NCBI RefSeq assembly: GCF_003334765.1
Contig: NZ_QOWT01000011.1
Strand: one strand, 5' to 3'
Source: Escherichia coli
GTDB taxonomy: Bacteria; Pseudomonadota; Gammaproteobacteria; Enterobacterales; Enterobacteriaceae
DNA: 64,000 nucleotides
Position numbers and translations under genes: made by a program. Under the pieces are notes generated by a model. It searched no databases and was not told the DNA's origin. It saw nothing but the letters and a program-made list of their open reading frames with translations. Below, piece by piece: positions 16,312 through 29,205 of the stretch (position 1 is its first letter; every line of letters starts with the position of its first letter).

Positions 16312-17641
16312 TCGTAAATATTTCGGTACCGATGGGATTCGTGGTCGTGTAGGGGATGCGCCGATCACACCTGATTTTGTGCTTAAGCTGGGTTGGGCCG
16401 CGGGTAAAGTGCTGGCGCGCCACGGCTCCCGTAAGATTATTATTGGTAAAGACACGCGTATTTCTGGCTATATGCTGGAGTCAGCACTGGAAGCGGGTCT
16501 GGCGGCAGCGGGCCTTTCCGCACTCTTCACTGGCCCGATGCCAACACCGGCCGTGGCTTATCTGACGCGTACCTTCCGCGCAGAGGCCGGAATTGTGATA
16601 TCTGCATCGCATAACCCGTTCTACGATAATGGCATTAAATTCTTCTCTATCGACGGCACCAAACTGCCGGATGCGGTAGAAGAGGCCATCGAAGCGGAAA
16701 TGGAAAAGGAGATCAGCTGCGTTGATTCGGCAGAACTGGGTAAAGCCAGCCGTATCGTTGATGCCGCGGGTCGCTATATCGAGTTTTGCAAAGCCACGTT
16801 CCCGAACGAACTTAGCCTCAGTGAACTGAAGATTGTGGTGGATTGTGCAAACGGTGCGACTTATCACATCGCGCCGAACGTGCTGCGCGAACTGGGGGCG
16901 AACGTTATCGCTATCGGTTGTGAGCCAAACGGTGTAAACATCAATGCCGAAGTGGGGGCTACCGACGTTCGCGCGCTCCAGGCTCGTGTGCTGGCTGAAA
17001 AAGCGGATCTCGGTATTGCCTTCGACGGCGATGGCGATCGCGTGATTATGGTTGACCATGAAGGCAATAAAGTCGATGGCGATCAGATCATGTATATCAT
17101 CGCGCGTGAAGGTCTTCGTCAGGGCCAGCTGCGTGGTGGCGCTGTGGGTACATTGATGAGCAACATGGGGCTTGAACTGGCGCTGAAACAGTTAGGAATT
17201 CCATTTGCGCGCGCGAAAGTGGGTGACCGCTACGTACTGGAAAAAATGCAGGAGAAAGGCTGGCGTATCGGTGCAGAGAATTCCGGTCATGTGATCCTGC
17301 TGGATAAAACTACTACCGGTGACGGCATCGTTGCTGGCTTGCAGGTGCTGGCGGCGATGGCACGTAACCATATGAGCCTGCACGACCTTTGCAGCGGCAT
17401 GAAAATGTTCCCGCAGATTCTGGTTAACGTACGTTACACCGCAGGTAGCGGCGATCCACTTGAGCATGAGTCAGTTAAAGCCGTGACCGCAGAGGTTGAA
17501 GCTGCGCTGGGCAACCGTGGACGCGTGTTGCTGCGTAAATCCGGCACCGAACCGTTAATTCGCGTGATGGTGGAAGGCGAAGACGAAGCGCAGGTGACTG
17601 AATTTGCACACCGCATCGCCGATGCAGTAAAAGCCGTTTAA
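16304..17641 (+). CDS. glmM: Phosphoglucosamine mutase GlmM
   Basis: ORF track 445 aa; active-site phosphoserine loop SASHNP; overlaps folP stop by 8 nt. Confidence 0.97.
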
Positions 17642-17657
17642 AGCGTTAGATAACTGG

Positions 17658-17687
17658 CTAAAAAGGCGGCGATTGTCGCCTTTTTTC
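17658..17687 (+). terminator. Rho-independent terminator downstream of glmM
   Basis: ggcggc-gatt-gtcgcc hairpin followed by TTTTTT. Confidence 0.65.
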
Positions 17688-17868
17688 TCAGCGAACACAT
17701 CGGTTTTGCTGTTTTTTTCCGCAGTTGATACAATGCGATAAAATTGCCCTTGCGAAGGTCATTCGCTTTGGTTAGTATTCACACCCGCTTCAGTGGGAAA
17801 GATTAAAAACTCCCGCTTTATTGGTTGAAGCATTGGTACGCGGCAACTCCGCAAGGAACAGGTTGATT

Positions 17869-18201
17869 ATGTATGAAGCTCTTTTAGTAGTTTTCCTTAT
17901 TGTGGCAATTGGCCTTGTTGGTCTGATCATGCTGCAGCAAGGTAAAGGCGCTGATATGGGAGCCTCCTTCGGAGCAGGCGCTTCCGCTACGCTGTTTGGT
18001 TCAAGTGGTTCTGGTAACTTCATGACCCGCATGACGGCGCTGCTGGCAACGTTATTCTTCATCATCAGTCTGGTGCTGGGTAACATCAATAGCAACAAAA
18101 CCAATAAAGGTAGCGAATGGGAAAATCTGAGTGCACCGGCGAAAACCGAACAAACTCAGCCAGCTGCTCCGGCTAAGCCGACCAGCGATATCCCGAACTA
18201 A
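17869..18201 (+). CDS. secG: Protein-export membrane protein SecG
   Basis: In-frame ATG at 17869 within ORF 17821..18201; 110 aa MYEALLVVFLIVAIGLVGLIMLQQGKG... Confidence 0.95.
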   Translation: MYEALLVVFLIVAIGLVGLIMLQQGKGADMGASFGAGASATLFGSSGSGNFMTRMTALLATLFFIISLVLGNINSNKTNKGSEWENLSAPAKTEQTQPAAPAKPTSDIPN

Positions 18202-18215
18202 AAAGTAGTATCCGT

Positions 18216-18302
18216 GCCGAGGTGGTGGAATTGGTAGACACGCTACCTTGAGGTGGTAGTGCCCAATAGGGCTTACGGGTTCAAGTCCCGTCCTCGGTAC
18301 CA
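18216..18302 (+). tRNA. leuU: tRNA-Leu (anticodon GAG)
   Basis: 87-nt sequence GCCGAGGTGGTGGAATTGGTAGACACGCTACCTTGAGGTGG...GGTACCA with long variable arm; anticodon loop CTTGAGG; encoded CCA. Confidence 0.95.
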
Positions 18303-18310
18303 AATTCCAG

Positions 18311-18339
18311 AAAAGAGACGCTGAAAAGCGTCTTTTTTC
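18311..18339 (+). terminator. Rho-independent terminator of the secG-leuU transcript
   Basis: agacgct-gaaa-agcgtct hairpin followed by TTTTTT. Confidence 0.8.
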
Positions 18340-18760
18340 GTTTTGGTCCTGGTCTGAGGAATGGTTGTCAGGTATCTGTATCTCGTCCAGTTGCTTTACT
18401 CGTAGCTGGTACCTTGAAACGATGGTGCCGGTACGCCTTAGTTATAAATTTTTCCCTTCTACTGACATAATTGGCACTTTATTGTGTCAACTCCAGTTCC
18501 GGTACGAATACGGATATGTTTACTTCTCGATAAACCATCCTGCTCCTGTCAGTATAACGACTGATGGCTACGTTCTGCGTAATGTTTAGAGACGCATTGA
18601 TAATGTTATTTAATTACTGAGAACGCAATGGCCGCATCATTTAAAAAGAAAAAACTAACAGTGTTTCGTTCTGATATGGATCAGAGTTGAAAAACATGTC
18701 TGATATAAAATTAAACATTGTTGATAATTGTTTATATTGGTTGTGAACTTGGATTTCTGG

Positions 18761-20386
18761 ATGACAGTATTCAACAAATTTGCTAGAACTTTTAAATCTC
18801 ATTGGTTGTTGTATCTTTGTGTTATTGTTTTTGGTATTACGAACTTAGTCGCTTCTTCCGGAGCGCATATGGTTCAGCGCTTGCTGTTCTTCGTTCTGAC
18901 CATCCTGGTTGTAAAACGTATATCATCCCTTCCGCTTCGCCTGCTTGTTGCCGCACCATTTGTGTTACTGACTGCGGCAGACATGAGTATTAGCCTCTAT
19001 TCATGGTGTACCTTTGGTACAACTTTCAATGATGGATTTGCGATTAGTGTGCTCCAGAGTGATCCGGATGAAGTTGTCAAAATGCTGGGGATGTATATCC
19101 CTTATCTATGTGCCTTTGCTTTTTTATCCCTTCTTTTTTTGGCAGTAATAATAAAATATGATGTTTCCTTGCCGACAAAAAAAGTGACAGGAATATTATT
19201 GCTGATTGTCATTTCGGGCAGTTTATTTTCCGCTTGTCAATTTGCTTATAAAGATGCAAAAAATAAAAAAGCGTTCAGTCCATATATACTAGCGTCGCGA
19301 TTTGCTACCTATACGCCGTTTTTCAATCTCAACTATTTTGCTTTAGCAGCGAAAGAGCATCAAAGATTACTCTCAATTGCAAACACGGTGCCGTATTTTC
19401 AATTATCAGTCAGGGATACAGGTATTGATACCTACGTGTTGATTGTGGGGGAGTCTGTACGTGTCGACAATATGTCTTTGTATGGATATACACGCTCTAC
19501 GACACCGCAAGTTGAAGCACAAAGAAAACAGATCAAACTGTTTAATCAAGCAATAAGCGGCGCACCTTACACTGCGCTGTCGGTTCCCCTTTCTTTAACT
19601 GCTGATTCTGTTTTGAGTCATGACATTCATAATTACCCCGACAACATTATTAATATGGCTAATCAAGCAGGATTTCAGACTTTCTGGCTAAGCTCGCAAT
19701 CCGCTTTTCGGCAGAATGGTACAGCAGTTACCAGTATCGCCATGCGCGCCATGGAAACAGTTTATGTCAGAGGATTTGATGAATTGTTGTTGCCGCATTT
19801 ATCGCAAGCATTACAGCAAAATACGCAGCAAAAGAAACTGATTGTTCTTCATTTAAATGGAAGCCATGAACCGTCTTGTAGCGCCTATCCGCAATCCAGC
19901 GCCGTGTTTCAACCGCAGGACGATCAGGATGCCTGCTATGACAACTCCATTCATTACACAGATAGTTTGCTAGGTCAGGTTTTTGAATTATTAAAAGATC
20001 GCCGCGCCTCGGTCATGTATTTTGCCGACCACGGCCTGGAACGTGACCCTACGAAGAAGAACGTCTATTTTCATGGAGGCAGGGAGGCTAGCCAGCAGGC
20101 ATATCATGTCCCGATGTTTATCTGGTATAGCCCCGTTCTTGGGGATGGCGTGGATCGCACAACGGAAAACAACATCTTTTCGACAGCTTACAATAATTAC
20201 CTTATTAATGCGTGGATGGGGGTAACAAAGCCGGAACAGCCGCAAACGCTTGAGGAAGTGATTGCACACTATAAAGGAGACTCACGGGTTGTGGATGCAA
20301 ACCATGATGTTTTCGATTATGTGATGCTCAGAAAGGAGTTTACAGAGGATAAGCAAGGTAACCCCACCCCTGAAGGGCAGGGTTGA
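18761..20386 (+). CDS. yhbX: Inner-membrane sulfatase/phosphoethanolamine-transferase-family protein YhbX
   Basis: ORF track 18728..20386; ATG at 18761 gives 541 aa MTVFNKFARTFKSHWLLYLCVIVF... with N-terminal TM segments and a C-terminal sulfatase-like domain; AT-rich gene. Confidence 0.9.
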   Translation: MTVFNKFARTFKSHWLLYLCVIVFGITNLVASSGAHMVQRLLFFVLTILVVKRISSLPLRLLVAAPFVLLTAADMSISLYSWCTFGTTFNDGFAISVLQSDPDEVVKMLGMYIPYLCAFAFLSLLFLAVIIKYDVSLPTKKVTGILLLIVISGSLFSACQFAYKDAKNKKAFSPYILASRFATYTPFFNLNYFALAAKEHQRLLSIANTVPYFQLSVRDTGIDTYVLIVGESVRVDNMSLYGYTRSTTPQVEAQRKQIKLFNQAISGAPYTALSVPLSLTADSVLSHDIHNYPDNIINMANQAGFQTFWLSSQSAFRQNGTAVTSIAMRAMETVYVRGFDELLLPHLSQALQQNTQQKKLIVLHLNGSHEPSCSAYPQSSAVFQPQDDQDACYDNSIHYTDSLLGQVFELLKDRRASVMYFADHGLERDPTKKNVYFHGGREASQQAYHVPMFIWYSPVLGDGVDRTTENNIFSTAYNNYLINAWMGVTKPEQPQTLEEVIAHYKGDSRVVDANHDVFDYVMLRKEFTEDKQGNPTPEGQG

Positions 20387-20393
20387 TGTCGAA

Positions 20394-21752
<1,359 letters not shown>

Positions 21753-21788
21753 TTAATTAACTGATGATGAGCCTGGATTTCCGCTCTC

Positions 21789-21827
21789 ACTGAATTTTTA
21801 TGCAAAATAAATGAGTTTTCATTTAAT
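21789..21827. promoter_or_regulatory. Tandem ARG boxes (ArgR operator) in the argG promoter region
   Basis: acTGAATttttATGCAaa and aaTGAgTtttcATTtAat, two 18-bp units separated by 3 bp, matching the ARG-box consensus TGAAT-N4-ATTCA; 50-90 bp upstream of argG start. Confidence 0.55.
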
Positions 21828-21962
21828 CATCTTTTATCGGAGACAGGAAGAGTTTAGTGTGTTTTTTGTAAAATAATGCGCTTAAGGGAGAGCAGGAGAA
21901 GGCAAAAGTATTCAACAAATGAAAGTGAACTGGATATTCATTCACATGATTAGCAATAAACG

Positions 21963-21992
21963 TTGACAAAATGTGGCGTGGATCACTATAAT
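21963..21992 (+). promoter_or_regulatory. Consensus-like sigma70 promoter (TTGACA-18 bp-TATAAT) upstream of metY
   Basis: Perfect -35 and -10 hexamers read directly; about 90 bp upstream of the tRNA. Confidence 0.45.
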
Positions 21993-22040
21993 GCCTGCAG
22001 ATTTTACGTCCCGTCTCGGTACACCAAATCCCAGCAGTAT

Positions 22041-22069
22041 TTGCATTTTTTACCCAAAACGAGTAGAAT
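22041..22069 (+). promoter_or_regulatory. Proximal metY/nusA-operon promoter candidate (TTGCAT-17 bp-TAGAAT)
   Basis: Hexamers with 17-bp spacer; predicted start about 8 nt before the mature tRNA 5' end. Confidence 0.5.
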
Positions 22070-22084
22070 TTGCCACGTTTCAGG

Positions 22085-22161
<77 letters not shown>

Positions 22162-22283
22162 CTTTCCCTTAGAGTCCTTTTTCAAATATACTGTGAAGAC
22201 TTCGGCCTTCGTAGTGGGATTTGAAAAAATCCTTCTGGAAAGTGCTCCAGACCGCAGTTGCGGTTATAGGGTTCAGTTATATA

Positions 22284-22309
22284 AAGCCCCGATTTATCGG
22301 GGTTTTTTG
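22284..22309 (+). terminator. Intrinsic (partial) terminator between metY and rimP
   Basis: ccccga-ttta-tcgggg hairpin followed by TTTTTT. Confidence 0.7.
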
Positions 22310-22367
22310 TTATCTGACTACAGAATAACTGGGCTTTAGGCCCTTTTTTTATGTCTTGGGGGTGGGC

Positions 22368-22820
22368 TTGTCCACATTAGAGCAAAAATTAACAGAGATG
22401 ATTACTGCGCCAGTTGAGGCCCTGGGTTTTGAACTGGTTGGCATCGAATTTATTCGCGGTCGCACATCCACACTGCGCATCTATATTGATAGTGAAGATG
22501 GCATCAATGTTGATGATTGTGCTGATGTGAGCCACCAGGTAAGTGCTGTGCTGGATGTTGAAGATCCCATCACCGTTGCTTATAACCTGGAAGTCTCCTC
22601 ACCGGGTCTCGATCGCCCACTGTTCACGGCTGAACACTACGCCCGTTTTGTCGGAGAAGAGGTGACTCTGGTTCTCCGTATGGCGGTACAAAACCGTCGT
22701 AAATGGCAGGGCGTTATCAAAGCGGTAGACGGTGAAATGATCACAGTTACCGTCGAAGGTAAAGATGAAGTGTTCGCGCTGAGTAATATCCAGAAGGCGA
22801 ACCTGGTTCCCCACTTTTAA
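22368..22820 (+). CDS. rimP: Ribosome maturation factor RimP (YhbC)
   Basis: ORF track 22356..22820 (TTG); I place the start at the in-frame TTG at 22368 to give the 150-aa form [21 protein letters not shown]...; start codon uncertain by 4 codons. Confidence 0.85.
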
Positions 22821-22847
22821 TAGTCTGGATGAGGTGAAAAGCCCGCG

Positions 22848-24335
<1,488 letters not shown>

Positions 24336-24359
24336 TAAACTGTAGCAGGAAGGAACAGC

Positions 24360-27032
24360 ATGACAGATGTAACGATTAAAACGCTGGCCGCAGAGCGACA
24401 GACCTCCGTGGAACGCCTGGTACAGCAATTTGCTGATGCAGGTATCCGGAAGTCTGCTGACGACTCTGTGTCTGCACAAGAGAAACAGACTTTGATTGAC
24501 CACCTGAATCAGAAAAATTCAGGCCCGGACAAATTGACGCTGCAACGTAAAACACGCAGCACCCTTAACATTCCTGGTACCGGTGGAAAAAGCAAATCGG
24601 TACAAATCGAAGTCCGCAAGAAACGCACCTTTGTGAAACGCGATCCGCAAGAGGCTGAACGCCTTGCAGCGGAAGAGCAAGCGCAGCGTGAAGCGGAAGA
24701 GCAAGCCCGTCGTGAGGCAGAAGAATCGGCTAAACGCGAGGCGCAACAAAAAGCTGAACGTGAGGCCGCAGAACAAGCTAAGCGTGAAGCTGCTGAACAA
24801 GCGAAACGTGAAGCTGCGGAAAAAGACAAAGTGAGCAATCAACAAGACGATATGACTAAAAACGCCCAGGCTGAAAAAGCCCGCCGTGAGCAGGAAGCTG
24901 CAGAGCTCAAGCGTAAAGCTGAAGAAGAAGCGCGTCGTAAACTCGAAGAAGAAGCACGTCGCGTTGCTGAAGAAGCACGTCGTATGGCGGAAGAAAACAA
25001 ATGGACTGATAACGCGGAACCGACTGAAGATTCCAGCGATTATCACGTCACTACTTCTCAACATGCTCGCCAGGCAGAAGACGAAAGCGATCGTGAAGTC
25101 GAAGGCGGCCGTGGCCGTGGTCGTAACGCGAAAGCAGCGCGTCCGAAGAAAGGCAACAAACACGCTGAATCAAAAGCTGATCGTGAAGAAGCACGCGCAG
25201 CAGTACGTGGCGGTAAAGGCGGAAAACGTAAAGGTTCTTCGCTGCAGCAAGGCTTCCAGAAGCCTGCTCAGGCCGTTAACCGTGACGTTGTGATCGGCGA
25301 AACTATCACCGTTGGCGAACTGGCGAACAAGATGGCGGTTAAAGGCTCTCAGGTCATCAAAGCGATGATGAAACTGGGCGCAATGGCAACCATCAACCAG
25401 GTTATCGATCAGGAAACCGCACAGCTGGTTGCTGAAGAGATGGGCCATAAAGTTATCCTGCGTCGTGAAAACGAGCTGGAAGAGGCGGTAATGAGCGACC
25501 GTGACACGGGTGCTGCGGCTGAACCGCGCGCGCCGGTTGTGACCATCATGGGTCACGTTGACCACGGTAAAACCTCTCTGCTGGACTACATTCGTTCAAC
25601 GAAAGTGGCCTCTGGCGAAGCGGGCGGCATTACCCAGCACATTGGTGCATACCACGTTGAAACTGAAAACGGCATGATCACCTTCCTGGACACCCCGGGG
25701 CACGCCGCGTTTACTTCAATGCGTGCTCGTGGTGCGCAGGCAACGGACATCGTAGTCCTGGTTGTTGCTGCCGACGACGGTGTGATGCCGCAGACCATCG
25801 AAGCAATCCAGCACGCGAAAGCGGCGCAGGTACCGGTGGTGGTTGCAGTGAACAAGATCGATAAACCAGAAGCTGATCCGGATCGCGTTAAGAACGAACT
25901 CTCCCAGTACGGCATCCTGCCGGAAGAGTGGGGCGGTGAAAGCCAGTTCGTACACGTATCTGCGAAAGCGGGTACCGGTATCGATGAACTGCTGGACGCT
26001 ATCCTGCTGCAGGCGGAAGTTCTGGAGCTGAAAGCGGTACGTAAAGGTATGGCGAGCGGTGCGGTTATCGAATCCTTCCTCGATAAAGGTCGTGGTCCGG
26101 TTGCTACCGTTCTGGTACGTGAAGGTACTCTGCACAAGGGCGATATCGTTCTGTGTGGCTTCGAATACGGTCGTGTTCGTGCGATGCGTAACGAACTGGG
26201 TCAGGAAGTGCTGGAAGCGGGTCCGTCCATTCCGGTGGAAATCCTCGGCCTGTCCGGCGTACCGGCTGCGGGTGATGAAGTTACCGTTGTACGTGACGAG
26301 AAGAAAGCGCGTGAAGTTGCACTCTATCGTCAGGGTAAATTCCGCGAAGTTAAACTGGCGCGTCAGCAGAAATCTAAACTCGAGAACATGTTCGCCAACA
26401 TGACCGAAGGCGAAGTTCACGAAGTGAATATCGTCCTGAAGGCAGACGTACAGGGTTCTGTCGAAGCGATCTCCGACTCCTTGCTGAAACTGTCTACTGA
26501 CGAAGTTAAAGTGAAGATCATCGGTTCTGGCGTAGGTGGTATCACCGAAACCGACGCCACCCTGGCTGCGGCGTCCAACGCCATCCTGGTTGGCTTTAAC
26601 GTACGTGCTGATGCCTCTGCACGTAAAGTGATTGAAGCGGAAAGCCTGGATCTGCGTTACTACTCCGTCATCTATAACCTGATTGACGAAGTGAAAGCGG
26701 CGATGAGCGGTATGCTGTCTCCGGAACTGAAACAGCAGATTATCGGTCTGGCGGAAGTTCGTGACGTGTTCAAATCGCCGAAATTTGGTGCCATCGCAGG
26801 CTGTATGGTTACCGAAGGTGTGGTTAAACGTCACAACCCGATCCGCGTTCTGCGTGACAACGTGGTTATCTACGAAGGCGAGCTGGAGTCCCTGCGCCGC
26901 TTCAAAGATGACGTTAACGAAGTCCGTAACGGTATGGAATGTGGTATCGGCGTTAAGAACTACAACGACGTCCGCACTGGCGATGTGATCGAAGTATTCG
27001 AAATCATCGAGATCCAACGTACCATTGCTTAA
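24360..27032 (+). CDS. infB: Translation initiation factor IF-2
   Basis: ORF track 890 aa; repetitive charged N-terminal region ([19 protein letters not shown]), G-domain GHVDHGKT. Confidence 0.97.
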
Positions 27033-27049
27033 GGTTTTTAGGGTTCCAT

Positions 27050-27119
27050 GCGGGATAAGGCGTTTACGCTGCATCCGGCATGGATTGCCTGATGTGACGC
27101 TGGCGCGTCTTATCAGGTC
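27050..27119. repeat. REP/BIME pair in the infB-rbfA intergenic region
   Basis: gcgggataaggcgtttacgctgcatccggca and gcctgatgtgacgctggcgcgtcttatcaggtc, inverted REP-type palindromic units. Confidence 0.55.
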
Positions 27120-27153
27120 AACGTGAACAGCCCTTCCACCTGAAATTAATTTT

Positions 27154-27180
27154 AAAAAGGGGCTAACAGCCCCTTTTTTG
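27154..27180 (+). terminator. Intra-operon intrinsic terminator/attenuator upstream of rbfA
   Basis: A-run, aggggct-aac-agcccct hairpin, TTTTTT; directly precedes the rbfA RBS. Confidence 0.55.
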
Positions 27181-27195
27181 TCAGGAGAATTTATT

Positions 27196-27597
27196 ATGGC
27201 GAAAGAATTTGGTCGCCCGCAGCGCGTAGCGCAGGAAATGCAAAAAGAGATCGCTCTCATCCTGCAGCGTGAAATTAAAGATCCTCGCCTGGGCATGATG
27301 ACCACCGTTTCCGGTGTCGAAATGTCTCGCGACCTGGCGTATGCCAAAGTATATGTGACGTTCCTCAACGACAAAGATGAAGACGCGGTTAAAGCGGGCA
27401 TCAAAGCGTTGCAAGAAGCTTCTGGTTTCATCCGCAGCCTGCTGGGGAAAGCGATGCGCCTGCGTATCGTGCCGGAACTGACCTTCTTCTACGACAACTC
27501 TCTGGTTGAAGGGATGCGCATGTCAAACCTGGTGACCAGCGTGGTCAAACATGACGAAGAACGTCGTGTTAACCCGGACGACAGCAAGGAGGACTAA
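27196..27597 (+). CDS. rbfA: Ribosome-binding factor A
   Basis: In-frame ATG at 27196 within ORF 27178..27597; 133 aa [23 protein letters not shown]... Confidence 0.95.
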
Positions 27598-28541
27598 TGA
27601 GTCGTCCTCGTCGTCGCGGTCGCGACATTAACGGCGTTTTGTTGCTGGATAAACCTCAGGGTATGTCCAGCAACGATGCGCTGCAAAAAGTGAAACGTAT
27701 ATATAACGCCAACCGTGCCGGGCATACCGGTGCGCTGGACCCGCTGGCGACCGGCATGTTGCCGATTTGCCTCGGGGAAGCGACGAAGTTTTCCCAGTAT
27801 CTGCTGGACTCCGACAAACGCTATCGGGTCATTGCGCGTCTTGGACAGCGTACCGATACTTCTGATGCCGACGGACAGATCGTTGAAGAACGTCCGGTAA
27901 CCTTTAGCGCAGAGCAGCTGGCAGCGGCACTGGATACTTTCCGTGGCGATATCGAACAGATCCCTTCGATGTATTCAGCACTGAAATATCAGGGCAAAAA
28001 ACTGTACGAATATGCGCGTCAGGGCATTGAAGTTCCGCGTGAAGCGCGTCCGATTACCGTTTATGAATTGCTGTTTATTCGCCATGAAGGCAATGAGCTG
28101 GAGCTGGAAATTCACTGCTCAAAAGGCACTTATATCCGCACCATCATTGATGACCTGGGTGAAAAACTCGGCTGTGGCGCGCATGTTATTTACCTGCGCC
28201 GTCTGGCGGTAAGTAAATATCCGGTTGAACGGATGGTGACCCTGGAGCACCTGCGTGAACTTGTTGAGCAAGCTGAACAGCAGGATATTCCAGCCGCGGA
28301 GTTACTTGATCCATTACTGATGCCAATGGACAGTCCAGCTTCGGACTATCCGGTGGTGAATCTTCCGTTAACGTCTTCTGTTTACTTCAAAAATGGTAAC
28401 CCGGTTCGTACATCTGGTGCGCCACTGGAAGGACTGGTTCGCGTCACGGAAGGTGAGAACGGCAAATTTATCGGTATGGGCGAAATTGACGATGAAGGCC
28501 GCGTTGCGCCTCGTCGCCTGGTGGTTGAATACCCGGCGTAA
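27597..28541 (+). CDS. truB: tRNA pseudouridine(55) synthase TruB
   Basis: ORF track 314 aa; ATG overlaps the rbfA stop (TAATG); catalytic-Asp motif HTGALD. Confidence 0.96.
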
Positions 28542-28593
28542 TGTTAACCGTCTTGCGATAACAGGTCGCTACGAGTAGAATACTGCCGCTTAA

Positions 28594-28959
<366 letters not shown>

Positions 28960-28975
28960 TTCTTGCGAGTTTCAG

Positions 28976-29004
28976 AAAAGGGGGCCTGAGTGGCCCCTTT
29001 TTTC
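28976..29004 (+). terminator. rpsO rho-independent terminator
   Basis: A-run, ggggcc-tgagt-ggcccc hairpin, TTTTTT. Confidence 0.8.
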
Positions 29005-29051
29005 AAGCTGACGGCAGCAATTCACTGGAAACTAATGTATTGTTGCTATGA

Positions 29052-29152
29052 ATGATCTTCCGTTGCAGAGGTTCGCGCGGCTAATGAGAGGCTTTACCCA
29101 CATAGAGCTGGGTTAGGGTTGTCATTAGTCGCGAGGATGCGCAGAAGATCGG
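29052..29152 (+). promoter_or_regulatory. pnp 5'-UTR long stem-loop (RNase III processing/autoregulation hairpin)
   Basis: gatcttccgttgcag... pairs with ...tgcgcagaagatc about 85 nt downstream; lies between the rpsO terminator and the pnp start. Confidence 0.6.
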
Positions 29153-29205
29153 GTATTAACACCAGTGCCGTAAGGTACTGTCTAAGAAAGAGAAAGGATA
29201 TTACA

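Larger units (their letters stand above)
28976..29160 (-). ncRNA. sraG: Possible SraG (PsrO) small RNA antisense to the pnp leader; approximate ends
   Basis: Placed from remembered annotation only (about 170-nt sRNA between rpsO and pnp on the opposite strand, ending at the bidirectional rpsO terminator); not derivable from sequence alone. Confidence 0.3.

Noticed and set aside
18365-18589. 74-aa plus-strand ORF in the AT-rich gap between leuU and yhbX
   Set aside because: No RBS, odd composition, and it sits in a promoter-like AT-rich region; most likely a chance ORF.
24509-25163. Two overlapping minus-strand ORFs rich in A/S/R/F repeats, which could suggest a repeat protein
   Set aside because: They are antisense to the repetitive charged N-terminal region of infB ([19 protein letters not shown]); the nucleotide periodicity comes from that coding repeat.
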